NCBI GenBank assembly: GCA_036172245.1
Contig: JAYWIR010000013.1
Location: 310,001 to 374,000 of the forward strand
Origin: Raillietiella orientalis
Taxonomy: Eukaryota
Direction of reading: 5' to 3'
DNA length: 64,000 nt
Positions 25,701 through 37,700 of this stretch are shown in pieces. The notes below the pieces were generated by a model. That model did no database searches, was not told where the DNA came from, and saw only the letters and a program-made list of their open reading frames with translations. Each line of letters opens with the position of its first letter. The first letter of the stretch is position 1. The translations under genes and the position numbers were made by a program.

Positions 25701-28700
25701 TCTGTTGTGAAGGGGCCCCGTGAGTTCGCGGGTGGCTCTTACGGGTGGCTCCTGCTGCCCGTTTGGCAGTAGCCGTAAGGAAGTAGAGAACCTCAACGCG
25801 AGAGAAGCGGGGAGGAGGATCTCACCTTGGAGTCGAATAGGATCTGGATGGCACTCTCGTCTTCCAGAATGTTGCCTTGTGAATCGGACAGGATGATGAG
25901 GATCTGGTCCTCTATGTTCTTCAGCTTCTTTTTGTTTTCCGCGCTCTCGATGATCAAGAGGTTCTTCTGAATCTCCAGCTCCGGTTTCTCCTTCGCGGTG
26001 ACGATGGCCAGCAGCTGGTTCTCTAGCCCGATGCACGTGATCATAAAGTTGAGCAGTGTGACCTGCAAAGGACCAACACCTCTCTTAGACGCGGAAACGA
26101 TCAGAGGGCGATCTGGACGCACCTTGACGGCGACCTCTGGAAGGTAGTGAGGGTTCCTCAGTCTGGTCGTTATATACAACCGGAAGTCACCATTATACTC
26201 CACGATGCTGTCTCCGAGTTTAATGTACTCGATCCCTCCTTGCTTGAACACCTGCTTCAAGAGTATGGGATCTGCAACGCTCGAGAATAAGAAAAAGCGG
26301 CTAGACGACACCACCCAGCGCAGCAGAGGAAGCAGTGGCGCTTCTGGGCACCTCAGCGTGCCAGCAACACCATCCGTGGTATCCGCACACTAAATTTTCG
26401 ACTGATGCATGACGGCCTCGATCAGTATCCAAGGTCAGAGAGAATGCGGAGCATCCAGCTTCCCCCGAAACCGTCCTATTCCTTGCGGGAACCTACCAAG
26501 GATGGGATCGATCTCCTCTCCTATGCCTTCCAGCAATACAGGAAACCCGAACTGAATGGCCGTCTCGATCACCCGAATGTAATTTGGGTCCAACGGTTTG
26601 AGGACGGCAATTTTGTTATCTTTCTCCATGTTTCTGATCCACGTCCGGGCTTGATCTGCTCGCGAGATGGAATTTTCGGCAACGGGTGACGACCCTATTC
26701 TCACCTTGAGGATCAATCATCAGAGGGTATCTCCTGGCATTCGTAGCGATGATGGCACTCTCTATGGAAAAGTCGTCGATTGGCAACCCGGCCATGTTCC
26801 AGGCTTGTATCTTCACGGGGTCTCCCAGGGTGGTGTTTATCAGGAAGGGATGGGAGCAGTGGATCTCGGTTCCCAGGCACTCTTCGTTCCAATCGCTGAT
26901 GCAGCGCTGGAAAGAGCAGCCCGCCAGCAAAGATCAGGTTGCTTTCTCTGTTGACAGACGCGCTCGCCCGCCCCTTTCCCATTGCACGTGCGCGCTTCTG
27001 CTTTGCATGCTTCAGGAGACGGAAATGGGTGAAATCTGAATCCGTAAAAATGAGCCAGAGACACCACCTGTCTGTAGTCCACGGTGAAAGGCCCCAGGTA
27101 GGCGATGACGGCGGAGGCAAGCAAGATGTCTCCCACAATATTTCGGTACTTAGAATCCAAGTTTCTGATCAGTGTGCTCCATCTGTTCCTTTCGCCTCCC
27201 AAGCCACCTGAAACATACCGTCCCTATACGTCACTTCCCCGAGGAATTCGATCGCCGCACCCCCTCTGCAGAATTTCGACTCTTATTGAAGCAAAAAACA
27301 AATGACCCACTAGGTGTGAACAGAGCACCAGCCCCATGACATTTTGCGTAGGCCCCAAGAAGTTGCGAAAATGAAGACGCCGAGCAGAAGCGTGGATACG
27401 GCACCTAAAACGCGATGGCATTTGTACTGTCGCAGTCCAGACGACTGCGCAGCTGCGCACTCCACTACTCCACCCCCTTGGGCTATCACTTCCCATGTTT
27501 GGAGGTTTAGCAAGTGATTCTCGCCCCGGTCAGAAACCCCCACAAAAGTGTCCGTTTGTGCAACAACTGCAACCAAGCTGATGACAGCAGCAAATGAATG
27601 AATGGAGGTGATGCTTTTAAGATGACCTCCCTCTCATCACAAGTCAGGCTGTTCTCATTGCTTGCAGGCTTCTGACCCACCTTAGAGATAAAAATTCGCC
27701 TTGCCCTCTCACAAGATTCTTCCCTCTTTCTCTCACTCAGACGAACCCGTGCTGTACAGCGCTCCACGCCGCATGCTTGGCACTTAAAGCCGAGTCACCT
27801 GTCACGCAGCCACTCTGCATCTTGCAGTTTCGCCTGCGCGTCTATCACGCAAACCCGTGTGGGAAGCGTTTCCGCTCCTCGGCTGCTTCCACCTCATGGT
27901 TCGGCAACTGGCTTTCCCATCCTCCATTTTCTGGCATTTTCAGCCACCCATTACCACCACTTCTCATTGTGTTTTTCTCCAACTACAACTTGGCAATCCG
28001 ACTGTCACCGCCCTCTGTGTTATCAAACACTGCATGCAGAGCACTTGAAAGTGTACCTCCTTCTCTCTTTCTCTTTTTCTTCCCTTCCTTTCTTCTCCTG
28101 TTTTCCTTAACAGCATGTGAAGTGCAGTGTTGTGCCGGCTTGAACCACCCTCTTGCTGAAGGTGGTCTTGGGAAATCCACCAAGCCGACATGCACACGTG
28201 CCCCCGTGGGCGTCAGGCGCAGTTGCTGTACCAGCAAGCCGCGATGATTCCTCTGTTTCAGCATCAGATGGCAATTCTCACTTGACTTCTCTGACAAAAA
28301 ACACTTCCAGAACGTGTACAACACTTTTGCGAACGTTTAAAGACAACCAACACGCGCGACATCGAACGCCAACTCGTTGCTGGAACGCCACGTCTCGTTG
28401 CGTGCTCGGTTTTCTCCAAACCAAGAGTCAGAACTGAAGGTGTTTACGGATCCAAGATTTTCGAGATCCATATCCAACCACGGATTATGCACGGATTGGC
28501 TTCGATCCAACGTACCAGAGACTGAAATTCAACAAGAAATAGGATGATCTGGAACGAATACGATGTTCTGCGAGATGATAGTGAAGATGCATCCATCTTT
28601 GCTTTCCGTTTATGACCACCGACGACTTGTTCCTCAGTTGTTCTTACAAAAGATGAAGAACGGTTAGGATGCTCACCAAACTCAAGCCACTTTAGACTAG

Positions 28701-31700
28701 GGACAGGGAAGCAAAAAAATCAAGAGACGCCTAGAGGGGTGTGGAGCTGTCTCCACATCTGAGGATGGAGTCCGTTCTGTCAAGTTACGCTGCTCAGGTG
28801 CTCGAGGAGTTTCGAGGGTCAAGGACATGTATGTCCTTTCGAAAGCTACATCACGGATCAAGTAGAGGGAACCAAAAGCATGTGCAACTGCCATTCTTCC
28901 TCACAGAGATGGGCAGTTGGGTGGGCACTATCGGTGAGCATCTGAAAACTCGGTCTCCATTCGTGCGGCAAGCGGCCTTTGTGAAAGGAAATCGCTCTTC
29001 TCAGTCCACGGGCAGACGGAAGAGACTTGTGTGGATCCTGCACAGGCGGTGTATAACGCGAGAAGATTTAAGAACGGCACTTGAGGCTGGAGATAGTCGC
29101 CAACTGCAGTGTCGGAGAAGGTGGTCACTGGAAGCAAACCTTTCGACGGTTCTACGCATCAGTTGGTCACGCCGTAAAGAGTCTCGATGGAATGAACCAA
29201 CTGAATGTAATTTCAATCGGAGACCTCCACTCAAAATCGCTCTGCCTCGGCAGTAACGACATTTTGTGTCTCGAACCAAATTCTAAACGAAACGAAACGA
29301 TGCCAGTTCAAAAGAGTGGCTGCTTTAGAGTAGAAAAGACCCTGCTGAGGGAGACGTGAAGACACCTCGGATCCTCCCTGGGATCTATTTGCTCGGTTGT
29401 TTCTACAATGCCTGGAGTTCGCAGAAGTCAGTCAAGAGCAGTCTCTGCTGCTGGTGATTGTACACTGTGAAAATTGGGACTTCAGTGACGGGAGATGTGC
29501 TTTATGTACTCTTCTTCAGCTCCCTTCCAGTCATAAAAACAAACTTCGGGGACCGGCTAGGCGAGGATTCCTGAATGCTGAGCTTTCTCCTAACCAAATC
29601 TCCAGTTCATTCAGCACCAGCTTCCTCGTTCCAACTGAAGAAGCTGCTTTCTCTTTTGATGCTTCAAAATCTCCATGACGTCTCTTCGGTTTATATTCAT
29701 GAGCAGTGGCAGACACATACTGGACGACTGCTACTTTTGTTCGATCTTGATGTCCGAGCAGCAGTTGGCATTCCTGTCTCTCTCGCAGCAGTTCCGGAAG
29801 CCTCTCTCCCGAGGTCATCAGGAGACCACTTTCAACTTCCTACTTCTCTGTGAGGAAGCCAACTTTCCCACAAGCAGCTTGCTTGCGTAGCAGCTGCCCT
29901 CCCGGCATGCCTTGTATGCATGCACTCTTGAAAATGCCAACTTGCGAACGAACGGAATGCAAGCATCGGACCGATGGCGCCATGCTCTTCGACTTTTCGT
30001 GAGGTCGAAAGAGATTGGAGGCAAGGTTTGCTATGAGCCTATCTTTCTGAGTTGCACGAACACCGGGCTGCATCCCCCCGATTTGGTTAGCTCAGTCCTT
30101 CGAGAGATGTTCTTTGTTGAGGATAACACACTCTACACGCCAGTTGGGTCATCGAGGACTTTGGACTGATACCTTGCTGCTGATAACAGGCTTGGTCTTG
30201 AGCATGTGTGTTTCTGACAGCATATCGAGTGACCAAGGCAAACTGTTCTGTTTTCATTGAATGAACACGGATGTACAGAACAAGATTACAGTTCAGAATG
30301 ATGTATTGTTTCTCTACGCGAGAGAGGTGGGAAAAAAGTTAGTCATTTTAAGTGATACGTCTGGTACGGTGTGAGTGCCAAGCACTGCAAGAACTACACA
30401 CACTTTTTACTAGTTTCCCCAACATCGGTTTCGTTTATGTCAAAGAGCTCACGTTGCCGAAGAGATGATTGAATTAAAGGGACTACAAAATTGTAAGTAC
30501 CTATCAATTTCTCTGCTCTTTCCAGTTTTTTCGAACATACTTCTATGTTGTCTTCCAGCTCCTTCTTCTTCTTGTTCAAGGTAGCAAATTCATCGTTAAG
30601 AGATTGCAAATTATCTGTTACCTACAAAAGAGAAACACTATGAATTGGATTTAAAACCCTGTGTCCAATTTACAAAATCTTTCACCGCATTCAGGACAGT
30701 TTGGTATTTACTGTAACATTAAGAAGGCGACATCATTTTCCTTTTCATAAATTGAATTTTATGAGCTGTTGAAAGAATTCAAAGGTACTTAGTAAATCCC
30801 GAAAGTATTATTCCTGATTTTCTCCTGGGAGCGTTGATAAGCGTCTTTTCCACTTAAAAGAGAATGAAAATGACTCGAACGCAAGTAAAATGTGTACAGT
30901 GAAGAAGTAAATGGGATCTAGAAACCTTCAAGGAAATTATCGTCATCAACGGCTTTTGGTTCCTGAAGAATCTACATTTCAATATTTAATTTAATGAATA
31001 GCATCAGATATAGGTCTAAACAGCTCTTATAAACCAAGTAGTGTACCATTTTTAGTGTCTTGACTAGTCAATATATTCTTTGATACCTACCAAAAATATT
31101 AGGCTAGCAACAACAGTCATCGTGAATCAGAAGGAATAACAGGTTCTGAACGCGTTTCTGTCGTGCGTTGCTACTCTGTTCTCTCCATGGCATACATTTA
31201 GCAACAAAGAATTTGAAGTGTTCAAAACCCAGTTCTCAATGACGTCTATGACAGATCTGAGAGTGCTGGATGGTGCTGAAGGAGAGGATTCCAATAGATT
31301 CTGACGGGTAATCTCAGCAAAAAAACTTGGCAGACAAATTTTATACAAAGTCATCTATCGATCCACTCAATTAAATGAGAAGCTGATGACTTCCTGTTAT
31401 GGAGAAATGGAAGTGGAAAACCTTTGATGTAGAGTAAACGCTATTTTTATTTATGTTTTTCATTTAAAGGTCACTGTCCTATGCAATTGTCTTTTCATTC
31501 AGCGGTTTCTAGCCTTTGATGCAACCCACCTCAAGCAACCTCCTTCTGAACCTTAGATGGAATCAAGGTAATGCATGCTCGATTTACCAACAACAAATGG
31601 GCTTTAAGAAGAAATCAATTGCATGCATCCGTTAAAGTGGTCAACAACTAGACAACCTGACAAGGTTTCACGCATGCGAATTAGCAGCAATTCGACTGGA

Positions 31701-34700
31701 CAAGCAACATCGTTTGAAGAAAAACGTAAGCAGCCACTAGTCTTCCGTTAACCTGATTAATCATGACGATATTTTAGAAAGCACATGTGGGGAGGTTCGA
31801 GTATCGTAAACCAAGCCTGACCCGCATGTGTTACGGCTAACTGAACTGTCAGCTTTCCCTAGAAGAGACCAAGGTTCTATACGGTACCTTTCGAAACCAA
31901 AACCAGTAACTAAAATTCGGCCTCAGTTCAGCTACTGAAATGCTGGCAAGTATTGAAAGAATTTTGGTTTATAGCACCGGTTTCCTTCGAGCTTATTTAC
32001 AATCGTATTTCTCTCGCCTGTCTCGACCTTCCTTACCTAATGATGGTGCCCGTCGAGTGCACAAAGAAACAGCTGACACTACAGATGCGACTTTGCTATA
32101 AAACCACTATTGTAGTCACGTCAGGATGTCAGAAACTCTACATAGTTAATGGGCGAATCGGTAAGAAAGAATTGATAACCCTACACACTGCTTGATGTTT
32201 TCAGATACGAGACACATACTTGCTTCCCGCTTTTTCTGGAAAAGAGTCTATTTCCTAGGAGTAGAACTGGATCACAACTGTGCAAAGAGGATGTACTCGA
32301 AGAACTCGATTTCATGGTGAGCTCAGAGTCACCCCTGTCCAAAGAAGCAAGCTCTTTCCGTTTTAGCTGAACACCAGATTCTATGGTGCTGGTCTGAGAA
32401 GAGTCCGTATCATGACCGATCACTACAATCCTCATAAGAACCTTCACTGCATAGGACTTACTAAAGCGTTATAAGAAGCGTCAGACAGGAATGACACAAC
32501 AGTGTTGACCTAACTCTATCGACAATTGTAGAAACGCTGCATACTTTGTATGCAGTGCTTCTACAACATTCGGCTACTTCATGAGTGTTGCACCTAGTTC
32601 AAGTATAGGACAAACTTTACCATTTGATGACTAAGATGCCGGACTGAGCCAAACCCGTAAACTATGCAACGCAACAAATCAAGGAAACGATCCATATCGG
32701 ATCAGCGGTACAGTTATGCGGGAACATTGATATTTTGGCATATCAATCGGAGAGGTATGCTAAGATTAGTAGTTTCGTTGTATGTCACCATAAGGATGCA
32801 GCATTTGAGAAAAGAATGATTCAATTAGATTTCGATTTCGTAACTCGTTCCAAGCAGAGCTACAAAGTTAAGACGTCGCGGTCCAAGAAAGCTATACATG
32901 TAGATGCTTACTTCCTGTAGTTGTTTCCTTTTACTATTCAACCTTTCCATTTGCTCAGAAAAGATGGCTTCGGCTTCAGCTAGCTTAGCTTTCTTTGGAG
33001 CAACAATCTTGGCGACTCTGTCATAGATCTCCATCGCCCGGACCCATCTGCATAAGCCCTCACAAGCAGTTGACACGTTCCGTATGTTATTTGGATCGAA
33101 TTCCGGATTGTTAATGAATCTAGAATTTAAAACATCGTCAGTCGGACCTCGCACATATTTGGAGACAATGCAACGCAGAAGGATGGAGCTGTTCCACAGA
33201 AGCTGTCGTTGATCACGCTTAACATACCGAGAATATTTCATCCTATATCATAAGGTAGAGAATTTAAGAACACAATTGAAAACCAATTGAAAACGCTGTT
33301 TCAGAGGAAGAATTCCCTCCTTTAAAACAGCTCAGGCATGATTTAATAAGCTGCTTTCCCGTAAAACGGTATCGAGACGGTCAACTGTTGCAACTGTGCC
33401 TTCATGTGCACTTAAAGGACGCTTGATAACGTGACAATTTGAATATGCAAATGTGCAGTAGGTGTGCCTTAAAGCTCGCTAGTATAAAGCTCATTTTTTG
33501 ATTCCTCAACTTGTTTTCGTAGTCGTTCTGCCGATTGAAATGAGCGGGGACTTCAAATGCAATGCAACCTCACGGAAGCACATCCTTTGCCGGCCCAACA
33601 CTTCCAAACATATGTCTTGTTTTCACGCAAGAAGAAAATATGATGTAAGTTGAGCGATGCTGGGTTGAGTAAGCGTGCTGTCGAATTCTTAAAATGCCTT
33701 CTCTCTAAAAACGAACTACATAGGGATTCTGTCTTCCACACACAAGTGTGAAATAAAAGTCCAAGAAATTCAGCATCTCGATCGAGGGTAACTTTGCTTA
33801 GGTAACGATCCTGAGCTTCATTTTCTTTTCTTTTTTTTTCTTGCTAAGATGCATTCGTTCCTCCAGACTTGCAGTGTTGCTAAATCTTCAAGATATCAGT
33901 ATGTTTAGAAAATACCGTGACCAATGGTGCTTGATGGGACACAAAAACTGTTTCCAACGTGTGCTATCAGTTTCCAGTCTGTGCTATCAATCTTCTTACT
34001 ATCAGAAAAGAGAAGAGCAGCAGCCAGATTTTATTGCCAATAATGACTTGAGTTTGGGGATCAACTGTTCTTGCTGGTACACTTTTGCAGCAGGATGCCC
34101 CTAATGTCGCACCTCTGTTTCTGTTTCAGAACTCAGTTTTTTCGAAAATTTACTTGACACTGCTCCTATGATTGCATACGCTCGCAAACACCTCTTAGAC
34201 TCAACGGCAACTTCATGCAATGTGGTAACTTCATAAGTTTATGTTGATTCCTACACTTTTTCTCCTGAGGCAACCAATGACAAAAAATATCTGCTGCTCG
34301 CTCCGATTCTCATCATTAGCTTCTCTACTATCAGCCCCAAATTTTTAAAGCAGTTATTTCGGAGATACATCTCTGAAAACTGGCAAGAAGCTGGCTTTAG
34401 TAGCAGCTCAACTTTTACAGATAAAGAACCTTGCTCTGTTATTTTTGTTTTTGCATTGAAATCAACGACGCAAGTGTGATAAAAAGACAGGGATTCTGCA
34501 GTAGGAGTTCCAATACAGCGAACCCCCTCCGGCTATATCGACACAGGTTTCTCTTAACTTCTGAATTTTGACATGAGCGATAAATGCACATTTAATGTGT
34601 ACATTTGTTAAAATGTCTAGATTTAATTTCAAGTTAATACGTGAGTATTTTCATTTTCTCTGAATGAATGAACTCTAAGGGGTCTCTTCGTGTTTCATGA

Positions 34701-37700
34701 AAGCAAACAAGTCATTTTAGGTTCATTTGCTTTCGCAATGATTACTTCCAAATTCAAATATTCTCTTACTGTTTATTTCAAGAACTCAACCCAGTTAGAT
34801 TCCTGCCATGAGACTTCAATCTGCAGGACATCTGAAGTCTGTTCAGACTGACCTTTGTGATAACACGAAAATTAGACGTTAGTATAGGACAGTAGATGGT
34901 ACCTCTCCGCATGCAGGCTTTTGAAATCAAGAAAGGCAACAGAGAACGCAAGATCTGTAGATGTTCTCTAATTAGCAAGAACTTTCCAGCAATTGTAGTA
35001 TTTGCATATGTCTAATAGAAACAGGCTACCAAAACTACCGCTATTTCGAATAAAGTAACACTGTGTCATGGAAATGTTGGCTGATGAATTTGATGAAAAA
35101 AAGTGACCCAAATACGAGAGTTTCGACTTGCAGTCAGCACATAAATGCTAAATAAATGAGACAGAAAGTCCAGAATTGAAGGAAGAGCTGTATTTTGAAA
35201 AGTACCCAGTCAAAAGAATGAAACCCCTCTAACCCATGGCGTTGTTGCGCCAACTGATCACCAGCCCTATGCAGAAAAAATGATGACCTGCTGCTCTCTT
35301 TACGTTGTTTCTTCACTCGCATCTAGGTTTGATGTATTGCATCGGGCACAGAAATCTTCATGCTTTTCGTTCTTATACTTTCAGCTTGTGGAGATGTGTC
35401 TGGAGCTTCCTTTCATACTTAAATCGCCCATTCGAATGCATTCTACTGCGGGACATGTTCATGTGGCTTTTTTTTTTTTTTTTGACTCCTTAACTATATT
35501 GAATTTTTCGTTTTCAAAAGTCGTGAGTGCAACACTATTTGTTGTTGTGCAAACGTTTCCTCAGTCAAAGTTGGATAAAAAGATTTGAAATCGATGCAAT
35601 TTACCTTCTCAAAAATTGCATCCAAATATTGTTTGGTATTTAGTATTGTGGGACATCTGTGTCACTTATTCATTGAGTGAATTATTGGTATATGGATTTT
35701 TGAAAGGTTGTTCATGCTTTTGCATTTCAAAGAAATTATCTAATTATACAAGCAAAATTAACCACATAGACAATTACGAAATTGCTTGTGGAATCTGAGA
35801 AAAACTTTATAGCTGCAAAATAGCAACACTCCTTTTGTAAAGATTTACCTGAATCTACATTCGCTAACAATGTTTTGCTTTTACATTTACTGAAGAATTT
35901 TGAATACTTAATGCAATCATAAGCCACAGGAAGCACACAGAATTAAACTTAACTCAGATCTCAAAAATAATGTGTGATCTGCATGTTTATGTTTGTGCCA
36001 TTCCAAATAATAAAAGATACTCTCAACAAGGAAATAAAAAACCTTAAGATACATCTTCTTCAATCCAAGTAAATTATTTATTTTGAAATAAAAAAAGTGC
36101 ATCTTGACCTACCTTTCTCTTATTTTCTTAATAATGTGAGAAGATATATGATCTTTATCATATGCCTTCAAACCATCTAGAAATTTTAAATCTCCTAGAA
36201 GTTTTAAAGAGGGACCCCAATAGTCTTCAATCATCATTCCTGTGCCTTTAGGGTCAGGTTTTCGATCTGGCTTCACATCTTTCATAACACAGATGGCTTC
36301 CATAACCAGTTATTGCAAACATAATTCAAACTTTGACTCGATACTTTCTTACTATTTTGACGCCATTAGGTGGATTTTTCATAGATTTCACTACAGTAAT
36401 ATCTGCTGGTTTCAGAGTATTCAATGCCTGTATGGCAACTTCTAAAGCTGGTAATGCTTCAGCAAGATCATTCTCACAATCATCTTTAATTGCCTGAGCA
36501 GCTGCGGCAGCTTCATTAGCCTTAGCTTCATCAGCACCCACAATCTTAAATAAAAATCAGAACTTTTCTTAAATTCCGGAAAGGAGAGAATTTTGAAAGT
36601 TAAATATATAAAGCAAATACTTCTTTCTTGGCTTCAACTTCCATTGTATCTTGTTCAATTTTAATCATTAACTTTTCTGTAGCAATGGATGTTTCAATAA
36701 GTTGTGGCTGCAAGGTTTGTAACTCATCTTGCATGACAATCACCTAAAAATAAGCATTTGTAAGAAAAGTATACTTCAGGTCCCATTATGGTAATAGGAA
36801 ATAATGTACGCACTTAAGCCTTTACAACATTGTTTACTGATACACTCACTAAATACAAACATGAAAATCATCACCTGGGAGGCAGCAAAATCCAATTTTT
36901 CCAAACCTACTACATATCTTTTTCTTAACTTAGTTATATCAGCACGCTTCCGAATCAGAAGATCTTTGAACATTAAAATATTTTCCAAGTAAGATGTAGG
37001 AGTTAAATAATTCCGACGTCTCAATTCGCGATAGTATCTGCACCAGAATCATTAATTTAAAAAGCCAAAAATTTTCTTAAGCACCTTTCTGATAACTCGG
37101 AAATGCTTTTGTGGAAGTACTTGCACATTTTAACACAGATACCACATATCTGTTGATTCAAATCTTCTATGGTGGAGAAAAAATGATAGGCTACTTTCTC
37201 AAGGGCATCATCAGGCCAGTCAGAAAACCTTTTCAAATTAAGTATTTTCCATATCTCTTCAAAATTAATAATGCATTTATAGATTGACCCTACCAGTCTA
37301 TAGTGCAGCAATTCATCAAACTAGGAAACATCTTCAGCCTATGTCGAAATGAATGACCAATAGGAGACATAGTTAAAATAACATGAAGATTATTTTTAAT
37401 CCTTTCTACAAACAAATCATATAATGTTGAAGCTGTAATTTCCATTTTTCTATTCTAACAAAATAAAAGGTGAATGAATATATTTTTAATTTTAAAATTT
37501 ACCATATCTCGCAGAACGAGCTGCATTTTTTCCAATATCTCAGCTTTCTCATCAGGAGCATAGAGATTTGTTATATCGCCCACATTGAGCAAAGTATTAA
37601 GATCATCTAAAAAACTTTCATCTTTTATTTGACTATCAGTGAAAAGAAAGACGCAAGGTTTCCCATCTCCACCAGCTTTCAGAAGAATTCGACGCAAATC

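Noticed and set aside
27208..30500. ORFs in the 3.3-kb intron as a possible retroelement
   Set aside because: I recognised no RT, integrase or gag motifs, LTRs or TSDs.
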